Source: Raillietiella orientalis (lineage: Eukaryota). Taken from it: a stretch of 64,000 nt of DNA. Where the stretch lies: contig JAYWIR010000026.1 in the NCBI GenBank assembly GCA_036172245.1, positions 1,488,001-1,552,000 of the forward strand. The letters are read 5' to 3'. A model generated the notes under the pieces. It made no database searches and was not told the DNA's origin. It worked only from the letters and a program-made list of their open reading frames with translations. The translations under genes were made by a program, and so were the position numbers. Numbering within the stretch: the stretch's first letter is position 1; every line of letters starts with the position of its first letter. Below, in pieces: positions 11,901 through 26,329 of the stretch.

Positions 11901-13379
11901 TCCTCATCCATGAAGGAAAGACGAAAGGAGCGGGAAGGAGCTACTCCGTTTCCCGAAAGGACTGCTGTGGCTCCGCCTACGCCGCCACCACCACTGATGC
12001 CACCGTCAGCACGTCGGTGGCATCAGTGCTCATCTCCTCTTTCGCCTCATTCGGCAACCAAGTGGCAGAGTGGCGACGTTTGCTTGCCTCCGGAGCACTT
12101 TCTGTGTGGACAGTAATCATGATGACTTTTCCTTCGGGAGAGAAACGGTAATTTGGTTAGAAACGGTCTTCTTCATAGAGGACTTTGACCAAGTGACTTT
12201 TCTTACTGCCAGCCCAGTATGCCTCCCGAAATTCGGCACGCGCTGCCTCAAACGTTACAATCCTCCGCATTATCCTTATCTTCTCAACTACAGGAACCAG
12301 AATGGTTCCCGGCTGGAAAATCACCCGGAAGTCACCGGCTTCTCCACCGCTGCAGCTTCCACAAAACTTCGCAAAACTTCGATGAAAACCGGTTGAGACT
12401 TCCTGCGCGAAACAAACAAACAAACTTACTGCCTGGAGAATATTCCAGGATACACACATGCGTGCGTTTCACACAACATTCCTGCGAAATAGATCCCAGC
12501 ATCCTCACACAGCGGAGGAGAATCGGCCGATCCTCGGATGTTTTCCGAACCCGGGGGAAGAAGAGGCCGAAAAAGAAAGGAGGGCGAGGGGGAAAGGAGG
12601 AGGGGGGCATCTCATCGTCCTAGTGAACTTCGGCGATTTTCCGGCTCCGGATGGAAGCTGCCTCTTCGTCTGCACGTCGCGTTCTGTGCACCATCCCGAG
12701 ATTGGGATGCGCAGTCACGCCCGAACGCGAGCCGAGCGCGGGAGAGGTCGTCGGAAGATGCGCAGGAAGGCGCGGCGGAGAGGCGTGTCGCAACGGATTG
12801 GGGGCAATGGCCACGTGGACGCGCCCCTTCTCTCTTCCGGGAAGTCTCCACGGCAGCGAGTGGACTGCGAAGCACGTCTTTCAGTGGGATCGTAGAGGCC
12901 TTGGGAGATGGCACAGAGTTCCCTCGTGCTCCTGATGCTCGGAGAGTTCCTTCTGCAGCTGCCGGCGTCGCCCCGGAGATCGGCTCCTGCTCCCAGCGGC
13001 TACATTTTGATCACGAGGTCTCGGAAGCTGGGAAGTACCAAGGTCTTCAGTGGGGGCAGCGCGGACAGTGGCAGTCAACTCAGTCAAAGTTCCCATAACG
13101 TGCCAGACCAGTATGAAGAGCGAAATAGAGACTCCTCCTTTGGAAGTGGTGGAAACCAATCAAACCAGCTGCTGCACTCGGATGACTTCTTGTCAGTACG
13201 CCAGTCAGACTCCGAGGCCGGCGAAGAGAACTACGAAGAAAACATAGAGGATGATTATTCCGAAGCCATCCTTGCAGAGGCAGGAGTGTCCCCGAAATCT
13301 ATTCTGATCGGTAAGGAACCTTTGATATGCGCTGGAAAGATCGCGAGGCCTTCCCCACGCCTCAGGGGTCATCCTGGAG

Positions 13380-14990
13380 ATGCCGGTGTACATCCTACTG
13401 CCGTACATTATGCTGAAGTCGTTCGTGAAAGGAAGGAGCCTTCCTCTGACTTCTGACCTCCGGCACAGGTCTCCCGACGGTAACGAAACCTTCCGCCATG
13501 GGCGGTCTTCGGGGCAGCTGGATCAATTCTTCGATGCTATCGAGGTGAACAAATTGTTTTCTCATGGTTTAATCGATCAACTCGATCCTGCGATGTGTGG
13601 AGCGCCGCCGATCGGCGGAACTCGCGGTGTGGAAGTGACGTCACCCCGCCTTGCACTCGCGCAGAGCGGTCGATGCTTGGGCTGCAGGAGAGTTGCCTAC
13701 GCTGCAACGGATGCCGACGGAAAAAGAGACCGAGAGGCCGCGTATGTGAGCGAAGCCTCGTAGATTTCAAGTGCTTTCGGTGCAGCATCACAGGCGGAAT
13801 GATGGCTCCGGTGCGTTGCGGGCCATCCGGCGGTCAGGGATTGCGGATCGATAACACGGTTAGCTACGTGCCCATGGGGTGCAGACTCCACATCATCTAC
13901 TTTTTTCAACTGAATGTGATCTGCAATCGGTGAAGGGTTTCTTTCGAACCATCTTTGCCAGAGCGACCAGACCTCACTGCCGCTCGCTACTTGACGGTCT
14001 TGAAGCAAGAATCCGAGCTGAGGCCTCTTGGAACACAAAGAAAAATCTTCGGGGAGGAAGTGAAGATCGCGATTGTGAAACTGAAGGCTGGCAACTCACC
14101 TTTCATCCACTCCTTTTCAAGCTGACGACCTCCGATGTTAAGATGGAAAACAGCTAGCATGCAGTCCTGACACGTAGAATCTCATCAGAGCCCGTGGAGC
14201 TCCTGAGTTGGGAACGTTTTCCACCATCCTCCTGAAAACATCACCCAGGTAGAGCATGCACGGAGAGAGCAAAAACGGTGCATTCAAAGCGCCGGATGAT
14301 CAAAAGAACGGTTAGAGCCGCGCTGACGTCTCTGCAAGACTTGGTCTCTTCCCTTATGCTCCTTGGAACGGGTTATTTCTCACCCCACTGATGGTCAAGC
14401 GCTATGGGGCTCTCTTTGATCTGCATGCAGGAAAAGTCCTCTTCTGAAAGATGGCAGTGGCTTCTACACAAGGACAAGAGAAAGGCTCCCAATTGATCCA
14501 AAAAGTTAAAGAAGTTGGTCGACTCAACTTCCTTTGTAAGGTCGTTATCCAGAGAGCAGCGATCGAGTACTTCCATGATGATGTGCGATGACAGGAGGAT
14601 GTGATTCTCTGTCCAGAAAGGCAATGGTGATGAGATGCATTTCCATGGGAGCCACCGCACACTCGTGTCACTGAAGTCTTTATCCTGATCCGCAAGAGCT
14701 GGGGAACAAATCAGTCTGAAACATTGATGGTAGCATCTAAGAGATTTCCTCACCTCTTCAAGACTGTTGTTGTTGCTGTTGTTGCCATTATTATTATTTC
14801 AGCTTCCTTCTGGTTCGTGCCGGTGCAAATTCATTTGCCAGCTGGTGGCGGAGGAAGAAGACTACAGCCCGATCAGCAACCAAGTCATCAGCTTACTGAG
14901 GTGGGTACTCACGTTCCATGTTCTTCGAGATGGTTTTCTCAGTGGTATGTGCATGGTCCAGTGTAACGGAAAATTCTTTCCGGGTTAACG
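13380..14990 (+). mobile_element. hAT (Buster-like) transposase remnant
   Basis: Motifs in order across frames: PLTSDLRHRSPDGNETF, AYAATDADG (second Asp), GCRLHII (C..H), EASWNT (RW-like), TQGQEKGSQLIQKVKE...EYF (LQG segment), and dimerisation-domain-like SWWRRKK / DYSPISNQVISLL...RDGFLS. TIRs and 8-bp TSD not found. Confidence 0.55.
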
Positions 14991-16559
14991 GAAAGGTGCC
15001 CCAAAGGCAGAGCGCTACTTCATCTGGGGCAGCAAAAATTGGCAACTGGAAATCTCTGTGCAGGTCAAGAGCTTACACAGACCTGCCGTGATAGATGGTA
15101 CTTCAGAGACGCGCTACAAGAGGGTTGGGAAGAAAGCCAGAGTTGATTCCCTTCCGACGTTAATCGGATTCCCAGGATGTTTTCATGACACATTTCTCAT
15201 CTTGTCAGGGTTTGTCGTAGAAGAGTGCACTGGACGCGCAGAGCGAGACTGAGTCTTCCCCATCTCCACGGGAACTCGAGAGGATATTGATCGATGCCAT
15301 CGAGCAAAAGAAACATGCTGGAATGTGAGAGCCTCGAGAGAGCAAGTGAAGGTAGTGCCAGCGGAGACAGCTGGCGCAGAAGCCCTGAGACATGCCTTGA
15401 CGGGTTCGGAGCGGAACACAAGCAGAAGAGTGGCTCGCGAATGGAGCACCCTGACTTCGAAGAGCTCCTGATGACGCAGTGATCTCCTTGAATTGGGGAA
15501 CCTGGACCGGAAGTTCGAATATGTGTGTAAGGACGCGAAAGAAAAAAGACGGTGAAGGATCGCGGCGGGAAGAATGCGAGAAAACGGGGATTTGATACGA
15601 AGGACTTCGCAGGTGAAAGAGACGAAGAGACGAGAGGCGAGCAGACTGCAAACATGAGGGTTCCCGTCCGTTTCTCTCCTCTCCCCCATCAGCTCTCCAC
15701 GATCTTTTGGTGTCCCCTGATCCTAGACCAGGAGGCCCTGAGCGGTGCCCGTGGCTGTCAACTTCGGACGAGGCGAAGATGCGAAGCCCGGAACATGGTT
15801 GATGGGGCAGAAGCGAGGATCACGCCTTCTGTAAAGGCAGAACCTCACCTGACGTGGGATCCTCGTAAGATACAAAGTCTTCTTGCAAGATATGGATTTA
15901 AGAAACCTCTAGATTTTCTCTGTCCCTTGGAGAGTGGCTTAGCTGATGGAGCGAGGCTTCTTGAGGAAACAGCGGAGGGAAGCACAAGCACTCCCATGGT
16001 TCCCGAGAAACAGAAAGACGCTTGGTTCTTCCTCAGGAAGAATTGTTCGGAAGCGACTGAAAGGAGGAAGCCTCAAAGTTGGAAGTTTTGAAGTTATGAA
16101 GAAGCTGGAAAAGTTGTGAAGTGGCTGCCGGAGCTGGAGATCAGCCAATCAGCAGTCGAAGAGGTCAACTAGAAACCAAACCTACAGAACAACCTTTGAA
16201 AGGTTCCTCAGGACGAGAAACGTGTTGAAGACGTGCGGCTACTCATCAAGAAGTCCGGATCAAAAATCTGCTGGTTGTCATAGGAACCGAGAGAGAGGCA
16301 AATCTGGGAACATCCTGAAAGTGAATGTCGTAGTATTGCTCGTGTTCTCTGGTTCACGCTCCTTTCATCCGCACTTGGAAGGGTGAAAGATGCTCCCTCC
16401 CCCCACCGAGAAAAAAAAAAAAAGAAAGCCAGCTGAAGCTCTGATTCTCTCATGATCCAAAAATAACGAATACACATAGGAGGGTACAGATCGGATGCTG
16501 TGGAAGTTGTGATGGTTTTCTCTCTCAGAGCGCGAGCTTGAGAACATTCACTCCCCATC

Positions 16560-17390
16560 AATTCTCGTCGGCCTGGACGAAGTGCCCCAATCGGATTGAT
16601 AAAGAAGCCTCGAAGCTGCGGAGTGATAGTCCATAAAAACGGATGCGCAGAACATGGATCTCGAGCGAGGCCATAAACAAGAGACCCTGCTCTCCCATCC
16701 CCATCGATTCCTCAGCGGTCGTTCTTCCCTGTTTTGAGCACGGGCTTGGAACCACCAAGCAAACGAAAAATAGTTGGGGCCGAGCTTACTGCCGCGTGGT
16801 CAGGAAAAACGGAGGACAGAAGATCGGCTCATCTTGCGTTGCCTCAGCCATGACCTTCGGCACATCAGCGATCAGAGGAGCAGCTCCGCAGTGGGGTCAG
16901 TGATGGCGTTCTATTTTCCGGAGGAAGAAACTGCGTGGCTGAAAAAACGGTGCTAAACCTCAGACGCAGGTGAACCCAAGACAGAGCAGGCGAAAGGAAC
17001 GGATTTTTCCTGGGTTCACTTGGGTGGAAATGGGAATGAATGGGCGGTGGGTGGATCACCCATCCACACCAGCAGCGGTCAACCATGAGTGCAAGACGCG
17101 TGGAGAGAGAGCAAGGATGTTTCTCACACTGAGGATCGGGGATGGGGAGGGATTTCCTCCGATGCCGGGATATCCCGCCTGCCTCTGAGGAGAAATAAAT
17201 TCGTTGTGGAGATGGAAGTCGCCTGCAGGCGATGCTGATCTAAAGGGAAGAGTCTGCTTCTTTGTAGCGACCGCATCCGTTTGTTTCACAATGAGTTGCA
17301 TGGGATGGAGGACGCTCAGTCGAGTGGCGCAAGGGGAAGCTGTGGGTATGATCTTTATTTTGTATTCCTCCGGGATCCGAGAACACATGC
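16560..17390 (-). mobile_element. Possible Gypsy-like pol (RT N-terminal) remnant
   Basis: EEYKIKIIPTASPCATRLSVLHPMQLIVKQ (cf. y.I.l.p.a.P....R.vp..l...vk.e) and downstream IRFYGLS (cf. rlpfGl). YxDD and LTRs not seen. Confidence 0.3.
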
Positions 17391-18059
17391 ACTAGGAGGG
17401 AAAGGACCGACGTGAACTCAGGATGCGATCCTCGAGCGGAGCCCTCTCCAGACGGAGGCACCTCGACTCCCAGCATCGCGGTCCTGTTCCCCGAAAGAGG
17501 ACCAAGATGAGCCGAAGATGATGGGAGATTCGGGAGCGAATCCCGGGCGGGTTCTTGCTGCGCATGAGGCGATAGTGACGGAGCGGGACGATTCCGCGAG
17601 TCCAGGTTCCAGTGGGGGACGTTCCCCCCTCTCCTGCTCCCATCTCATTCCTCGAACAGTTTTCCGGAAGGTTCGGGAGGAAGCCAGAAGTAGGGGTCAG
17701 GGCTGTGGGAACAAATCAGGGAAGCGCCACAAACTAGAAGCGGCCCGCAGATGGTGGAAGGACAGACAATGCGAGAGAGGGACGTGCACGAGGACGAGGA
17801 CAGGAGACCCGGATCGCAAAGCCCGGGAAACCTCAGAAGGTCTTCCGCGGGCATCGGGCGAAAGGGGCGTCTTTGAGGGGAAGCTTCCACCCCAACAGCC
17901 GCCTGAACCCGAAGTTTGCTGCTGAGAGCTCATCTTTTCCGCTTAAAAGTTGCTATGCGGTGGGATGCTCGACGGGTGGTCGAATCGACTGGCGACGGAC
18001 TCTCCCCCGTCTGTTCGTTCTGGATGCCGCACTCGTCTTCCAGGAGTCCACTAACGAGG

Positions 18060-18700
18060 ACTAAGATTTTTCGTTCGGCCGGTGACCCATCTTGCGGTCT
18101 CCACCGTGTACCACTGGACTATCAGATACTTGTGCGGGCCATCTACTTTCTTACGTCATCTGCTCGTCTTCTCGGGACCTTCAGTGTTCCCCAGTGCATC
18201 TCCGTCGGCCGGATCCCCTCCATTCCAAGGGTCTTGCGCTGCGGACCACACTTTCCCCCGGGAGAAATGGAGACCCGGAGCTATTTGTTCTCCTGCCTCG
18301 CGTCCGCCGTCGCCTCCGTGACGTGTTCCTGTGGGAACATCATGTCTCGGACGACACACTGAGGAGATGAATCTGGTGAAAGGTCGGAGTTTGCTCTGGG
18401 AAGGACTGGCGTTGGAATACTCCCTCCTGCCACTGCTTGGAGGCGGCGCTCTCGATCTGTTCATCGTGACGTTCGATGGTTGCCTCCGGGTGGATGGTGC
18501 AGCAGTCGCCAGTGTGACGTAGCGATTCCTTCCATGTTCCACGTCTTCTGCGCATTCGATCAGTCGTTGGCAGGCAAAGCCTTGTGCAGGTAAAAAGACC
18601 CTCATCTGCGGTTCGCGGATCCAGCGTTTTTTCCCCGCTCCATAGCGAATTCCCCGAGGAACGATTCTATCTCCGTGTAACTCGTAGCTTCCTCTTGTTC
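18060..18700 (-). mobile_element. Polinton/Maverick-type retroviral-like integrase remnant with C-terminal chromodomain (INT-1)
   Basis: FAMERG.KTL...MRVF (ER motif), STRRQPSNVTMN (cf. HrsI.m.P..Vt..n), KQWQEGVFQ, AGEQIAPGLHF (GE.i.G.F), KVDGPHKYLIVQWYTVETARWV..KNL (chromodomain-like). Confidence 0.5.
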
Positions 18701-21700
18701 TCCCTCGAAGTCTTGATGTCCATTTTTTTTTTTCCCATCACGGGCAGGGAAAGGTGATCTTTGTCGTCGGGTGGACATCAGTGGCCAACTTTCCAAACAG
18801 GAGATTCAGTTGTCTCTTCCGAAACGTTCACAGGGGTGGCCGTCTATCTAAAGTGGGATGCTGAAGAAAGATGGGCGCGTTTCATGCAAAGGTTGGAGGG
18901 GAGGAGGCGTTCTGTGCGTGGGCGCAAGAGTCCCTAGCCACAGAAGTCTGACGGAACCTTGGAGCATCGAGTCGAGTTCCAGAGGCTTCTTTGACTGGAG
19001 GGTCGCCTCCCCTCACTCTCAGAGAACCACCTCTTCCAACAACCAAAAAGGGAAAGCAAGAGAACGCGCGGAACGGAGGATGCCCACGCCGGATATCCAA
19101 GGAGTTGCAACTTTCCGGCTCCGGAGATCGTTCTGAAAGCAAGTCGCGCGTCGAATCTTGCCAAGCGACGTTGGAACGGGAGGGAGCTCTCGGTAGAGCT
19201 TTGCTGGAGGGTGCTCGGACGCCTGGCGCACACGGTCTTCCTTGCGCACTCTCAGAGCCCCTCAACCCGATCTTCTTCGTACTGGAGAAGGACGCTTGCT
19301 TTCGAGGGATGCTCATCGGGAAAAGAAACGGCTCCTCAAGGTCTTTCTTTCCGTTCCTTTTCTGGAGAGATGGAAAAAACGGAATTGAGGAGTAGGGGAA
19401 AAGGGAGGCAGGAACCTCTGTCCGCCTCCTCGTGCCCTGTGTGGCATGCAGTTCATTCCGGCATGTTTTTCTCTTCCCGATTTTCCCGGTTTCTCCGTGA
19501 GAAGAAGCGAGAGAGATCGGGGAGGCTCCAAGGGAAGTCGCGAGGGGGCGGACTCGTTCAGGGATCCACAACCATCCGATGGAGGAATTAATCGCGACCT
19601 TCGCAGAAAGCGCACCTGCTTGCGGAGGCGGGCAAAAGGCAACAGGAGGTGGAGATGCGAGGGGTCGAACCAAAGGGGAAGTGTTCTAGAGGATTCGGTC
19701 CAGAGCAAGTTTTGCCTCGTTTTGAGTTGCCTCGAAGCGTAGCAGTTGCCGGATCCAGGAGAATCGCTGACGGACTGCATCCATCGAAAGCTGGACCACG
19801 GGCTACTCGCTGATCAACTTGGAATGGCAGAAATCCGCAAGTGACCTCGGGCGTTACGCAGTGTCGCGCCTGACTGCGTAGCAGAGAGCTGTCCGTCGTT
19901 GCGGCTTGTTGTCCTGCAGCAGAAACCTCTCTTCAAGACGCTGTTTGCTAGAGGTAGTTGGAGGTTCTTGGTCCAACTGACCCAGAATGCAGGGAGCAGG
20001 AGGTATCCCTCATGCTGGTATGGATGGCACTGCCAAAGTGAGGACGCAATTGAAGGATGAGCCAGAAGTGAACTTCTTTTGACTCCGCCAAATTGCAGCT
20101 CTCTTTCCCTCATCGTGGGAAGGGCGGAGAGATACCTTCTCCTGCGATCCCATTCGTTCCCGAAGGCGGGCGTGTTTCCTACGGGGGCCGGCGATGCTTC
20201 GAGAGCTTCCACGAGCCGTTCCCGGAGAAGAACTCCCAGCGCGAGTCTTGGCCTCACTTCATGGGAACTCGCCTGCGTGCCGGGACGACCCTTACCGCGG
20301 ATAGCCAGCTTTTTCTGCTCGCCTCTCCGTTGATAACAGGCTTGGATCTGATGAGCCCATTGCTCGTCAGGACGCCGAGCTCCTTTGCCCCTAGACAAAC
20401 CGCCCTTAGCGCAGTCTCCTCCTCCCCTGCCTCTCCGGAGGTCGACACTCTGCCCCGATGCCGATGACGACCAGGGACCGACCAGAATCGCTCTCGATCC
20501 CTCTGGAGCCTCCTTTTCCATCGAAACAAAGAAGAGAAAAGAAGGAAGTGGGGCAAATTCTCCCTCATCCTCCAGTCCCCCACCCCCTATTGCATTCTCA
20601 TCTGAATGCCAGGGGGCGAGCCTTTTCCGCGAACGCTGTCCGCCAAATCGGAGTGTCGATGCCGGAGAGCGGGCGCGCGATCCGAGACGGAGATTCGAGC
20701 CACTCCGAAAAAGCGGTCGAGGCGAGCGAGCACGCCGGTGGCACGCTCGCCCGCTCGCCTGTTCGGTGGCTTCGGATCGAAGGTCGCAGCATCCTCTTCC
20801 CTTCCCACTTACAGAGCTGGCTGCTTCGGGGCGAAGAAGTGTCCACGGAAACCTCTGGAATGTTTCCTCAGTGGACGGCGGTGCAACTCACGGCAAGGCG
20901 AGCGGCGGAGCACCCCAGCTTCCAGGAGGAGGACCGCGCGCGGATTTCAGCTCTTTGACAGATATCCGGCGGCCAGCAAGGAGGAGGAGGGGGGGGGAAG
21001 AGCACCGCGCAGCCGCGAAAGCCTGGGCGCAGGTGAGGGCCCGCTGTCTAACTGCTTTATGCATCTGCATCCGTCGTGTTAGGGATGTATCATAACGAGT
21101 TCAAGGCTGCGGGCCTTGAACGGAAAAAAATGCATCTTTCACCATGCCTCTTGGATCGCCCGCCCCTCTGTTTTTTCACCATGGCAACAGACAGACGACT
21201 CTCGCCGCGCTCGTGGATCCGCTGCTCGGGCGGGGAACGCTCTCGCGCGCTCTCCAGCGCAGGTTCGGAAACTGCGGGGGTGGCACCGGGAGCGTCGGGG
21301 CGCCGTCTGCAGAATTCCCGGCCCGCTGGGAACGAGGGCGCCCGCTTAGTCTTCGCTCGACCGTTTCTCGTTCGTTTCGCGGATCGGGGACCTGGGAGTG
21401 CGCGCGTCCCCATGGACTGCCGGGAGGAGAAGAGGACTGCTCTCGTCAGGGTCGGAGGACTCGGTGCGCCCTCTCCTTCCCCACGGGAGGTGGGCTGCGC
21501 CATGGCCTCTCCCGCGATGGTAACCGGATCGCTGCTCATGGCTACGTCCGTCATTCCACTGAGCCCTCTACTTTCAGGGAGAGGGCACCGGAGGACCTCT
21601 GGGGTCGGTTTGGCTCCTACGTCGCCGCCAAGGAAGTTGGACTCCAGGGAGACGCCGCGGGATGCTCCGAAAAGTACGCCTGTCCCTTGGACGCCGCGGG

Positions 21701-24700
21701 CGTGCTGTCCAAGCGAGTCCTCCGCCTGTTCCGCCTTCTCCAGACAGTGGTTTCCATCGAATTGGAGTACTGACCGCGGTCCGCTCGTGGTTTCCTCGCC
21801 CTCGGCCCACGCCCCTGCCCCGCCCGGCCTTCCCTCCGGCGAGAATTCCAGAGCTCGGCCGCCGCTCTATTCCGGAAGCGACCTCGCCCGGACCGCCCTG
21901 CGGCTATCTTCCGGGAGCTTCCCGAAGAACTCTCGTGGCTCCCCAGAGACGGAACGCGACCATCTTGAACCATTCAATCCGAAATGAAAGGCACTGATTG
22001 TCCTCTCGATGTTATCTCTTTCGCCAGCTCTTCCACGTGATCCGTCTCGTTGCGAGGGTTGGTTCCGCGGAGGAGCTCCTAGGAACCGCCGATCCTAGGA
22101 GAGTTTCGGACGGCGTTTCGTTCCCTGCGCCGCCGCCGCCGCACCGTGGAGCGGCGGCGCGAACGTGGCCTTGAATCCCTCGGCGGCTCTTGTCGAGCGC
22201 GCGCGCGCGCCCTCTCCGGCCATCCCGTCTTTGACCGGCTTCTTACACTCGCGCCGCGGGATCGGAAAGCCAGCGCGGAAGCAGCTTCCCGAATGGATCA
22301 TCGTCTCTCCCGCCACGCTTGCCCGTCTCTCCGGGTCGCGGCGCCCCGGAAAACGCGACGCGCCTTCTTTTGTGATTTCTAGAAGCGAGCGCCTCCCGCA
22401 TGACGCTTCGGTCTGGAGGTCGCTGAGCCCACCCTGACGCCGGGAAACCAGTCCGGCGTCGCCGCTGCCCTTTCCCTCCCTTTGTTTTTCTCTCTCTTTT
22501 TTTTTTCCTTTTCCTTTTCGCTTGACCATTGCCGTTCTTTTCCTAAAGCTCGCGGTCAGGGATGGTCCAGGGAAGACGAGCTACCGCGCGCGGCGTTCAC
22601 GGACGGCACCCATCCCGGAAGAGAGCGGTTCCCATCCTCATCCTTCCCACGATCCCCCGGATCCTTGGGAGGACGTCGCGTCCTCCACATCAGGAGGCCG
22701 TTTTTTTCCCGGCGGACGCCCGAAGCGGCGGCGAGACAGCAGCCTGGATGAGACAGCTGGGCGAAGGGGGGCTCCTGCGACCACCTCAGGAAGTGGTCAG
22801 AGCCGGGCTGCTCCGCATAGCTCCCTGCTTGCTGCCTATATGCCCTGGCTCAGCTTCCGGTGGTCAGCGCGGGGAGCCCCGAGGCGAGAGGGAAGGAGGG
22901 AGAGGACGTCTCCGACAGGGGCTGCTCCGCGCAGGCAAGAAGGCGACGTGCCAGCAGGACGGAAGGTCCTGCTTGGGTTCCCGCTGGAGGCTCTCCGGAG
23001 TGACGCGGAGGGCCAGAAGCAAAGCCCTCGGGGCATCCGTGAGCCGGACGAAAGACCAGGAAGGAGGACTCCTAAAAGCGAACCCTTCTTTGTACGCACC
23101 TTCGTAGGGGAGCAGGAAAATTCCTGGTGGAACCAACGCGATTTTCCAGGTGTTCAGGAGAAAAAAGGAAGGGGGAGAGGGCGAGGGTTGACTCTTCCTT
23201 CTTAAGCATTTCTGGAAGGAGAGGTGGCGAGAGTGGCGCAAACGTCGCGAAGAGAGGATTCCTGTGGACTTCATAGAATGACCGGTTTCCCTATCATCGT
23301 TCCCAGAGACTGTTCTTGGGAGCAATTCTGCACGATCCAGGGATAAGACGCCTAGCAGTCCTTGCGGCGGGAGAGGGGGTGGTCGAAAGAGCGTTCCAGA
23401 ATTTCATTCCGTTTTGATTCTCTGGAAAACGCGAGGAAGGGGACAGAGGTGGGGAGGTGTCTCCATCCGAGGACCGAAAGCGCTCCTAAACTGCAGAATT
23501 TGGAAGGGATGCTGGAAGCATTCCCGAAGATTCCTTCCCAGGACCTGCGAGCAGGAACAGAAAGATTCCTGGAATTTTCGGACGCCAGTAGCACCGTCCG
23601 TGCTTCGCATCCTGGGCTCGGACCCGTTCACAGAGACCTCGCCATGCCCTGAAGAAAACAGGAACGACCAGGCTCCCTTTGGTCAGTTGCCAAGGCACGG
23701 TCAGAGCCCACGTGGAGTGCTGCTGCCACAGAGAGAATCGCTTTCCAGACTTGCAGGGAATGGGAGAGCGGCTCGACATGCGCTTCGCCTCCCGGGAGGC
23801 GAAGGAGAAACGAAACACAACGTAGTGGGAAGGGAAGGGGAACGGGGAGAAGGAGGGGGGAAGGACATTTCTGTGTATTCCAGAAGGTGCAAGGCCCCTC
23901 TAGTCGCGAGAGCTCACGGCTGCTCGCCACCCTCTGACGCGATTTCCCAACGCTCTGAGAGCTCCGGGAGAGCCTCTGGCGGCGAGCGGCGCAACCAAGC
24001 GTTCGTCGAGGAGCAGCTCGGTCCGCACACGCGGCCGGCGTCGAGATGACATTCCTCTCCTCCCGTGACAGCTTCCCAGACAGTGTGTCTCCCTGGACTC
24101 AACGCCTCGTCGTCCGGGAGTGCTGCTGCTGCCCGCCCGCCCGTATCTCCTTTTCCTGAGCGCGCAGCTCGGCGAGGCGCATCCCCTGAAGAGGGCTTTC
24201 AATACGTCCGCCTGCGCTTCGGATGCCGCAGGAGATCTGGGTGCGTGGAGGGAGGGAGCAATTCCCGGGAAGAGAAGTCGGCGACAAGCGCCTCGCGCTC
24301 AAGCCCGAGCCGGGCGTCGAGCGCGGTGCATCGGCAAGGCAACGCGCGGAGTGTCCTAAGAAGCTCGCTGTCGAGTCACGAGTGCCACCGTCCCGCGTTC
24401 CCGAACCAAGAAGCGCGACAGGAACTGAGGGACCCGAGTCTCCCTCTCACCTGTCCCGCAGCTCTCCTCCGGACGCCGTGCACGCACAAGCACGTCCCCA
24501 GCGCTCCGGGCAACTCGAAAGTGGCCCTGAGACCGAAACCATCGAGTGGCTCGAGGCGACCACTGTTGCTTGGGAACGGTTTCACAGGCTAGCGGAACGG
24601 CAGATCCCTCGATCGGGAACGGGGTTGCACCTGCCTATCTGCGTCTTCCCCAGTTCTGGATACGCTCCAGCCCAGGCGCTGCCTTCGTTGTGGCTCCAGG

Positions 24701-26329
24701 AAAGGGTGAGCAGAGAATCATCCCTGGAGCTCTTTCTCGTCGGGGAGAGAACACCGGGAACCCGCTCTTTCTCGCCGGAACACCGGGAACCCCCCGGGTA
24801 GCCTGACGGTCCAGCCTGCTCCTCGCTTGCCAGTTCAGACGCTCTCAGAGGAGTGGGTGGCCCCGGCCTCCGGCAGCAGGGCCTCCTCCAGAGGCCACTG
24901 GGAGTAGCATGCAGGAGGCGGCTCCTGTATCCCGGCCGGAGCACACGCGAATCCCGCCCTCCATCCCACAGCGGGAACTGCGAGGCGCTTCTTTTTCTCC
25001 CTCCCTTTCTTCTGCGTTTCTCCGCGGTGCCGGGCGGTGCTCTCGAAGCTGCGGAAACCGGGAGGCAGAGTCCCTCTCAGCGGATGGGGGCCACGGCGAC
25101 GAGATGGCGCGCGCCGGAGGGGGGGAAGAAGGAAGAAGGCGAACTCCGGGCCCTCCCTCCCTCCAGCAGGTTCCCTCGGTTCTCTGAAGGAGTGTCGAAC
25201 CACCACCATGCAGAGGGGAGGGGGAAGGGGGAGGAGGCGACCGTTTTTCGGAGGGACGAGGGGCTCGGATGGCCCTTTGTGATCTGTGCCGCCTCGTCCA
25301 CACGGAGAACAAAGGTGAGCACCGCACAGGCAGCATCAGCAGCACCAGGCGAGGAGGAAAAGAAAGAAAGCGGCGCGAGGAGGTCCATAAAAAAGGGTTG
25401 GCTTCTTGTTCTTCGAGATGGGAGCTGCCTTCTCCCCTTTGTCTTCCCCCTGTTCTCCCTCTTCCCCCCGCTCGCGCGCGGCGCGAGCGCGAGCGGACGA
25501 CCTGGGAGCATCCTTTACGCCCGGTCCGCACAATCCCTGGTCGCCCCTTCTTCGCGCGCCCAGGCTCCGCAACAATCGAAGAGCCACTCTCACGCTGCAA
25601 AACCTCCGTTCCTCCGCGCCCTCCTCCGTGGGCGCTCCGGCGGCGCTCCCATTGTTCCCCGCCCGTCACTCCTGGCCCATAAAACTGTCCGCTCCTGGGA
25701 ACGGAAGATCCAGGTCGTTTCGCCTCCCCCGCTTTTGTTCCTCCGAGCCGGATGATATCCAGCCTCCTTGTTCTGAGGAAACTGTAAATCTGCTGGAGTG
25801 CTTTGTCCGTGACGTTTCTTGACTTCCCGGTCGGTTCCGAGGTCCTCGAGGTAATCGATAATTGGAGGGTGAGGAATCCTCCGTCGGACTCTCCTTTGGC
25901 CCGTGGAGGGTTCCGCAAGGTCACGCCGTCCCAGTTCCCTTCGCGCCCGGAGACGTCCTCTTTTCTTCTTCTTCCTCCTCCTCCTCCTCTCGCGATGCCG
26001 AGAAGAGCATCTCCGAAAGAGGAGATGATTAATAGGAGAAGGACCCTCCTCCGGAGGAAGCGACCCTCTCAAAAGTCCTAACGTTCCTTACCTTGCCGCG
26101 GATCCGAAATAGTGAGCCTTTTTTGTTCCGTTCCCCCGGCGACCCGAAGGAGGCGCGCCCCCTTGGGATCCCCGGCAACGCCGCTGCTCGCTGCGGATCT
26201 CGCGGAGACAGAGCGCCATGGTGGACCGCTCCGTCGCCTCCCCGGCGGTGGGCAAGAAGTCCTCGGGCATGGCCGACGACACCTCCCAGGCGCTCGATCT
26301 GCTCCACGTTGAGGCGAAACCCACTATCC

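Noticed and set aside
15294..15482. SRMEHPDFEELL resembling a pogo/CENP-B HTH
   Set aside because: Single short motif with no downstream DDE domain.
24845..25924. Overlapping antiparallel 359- and 300-aa ORFs
   Set aside because: Same GC artefact; no domain motifs.
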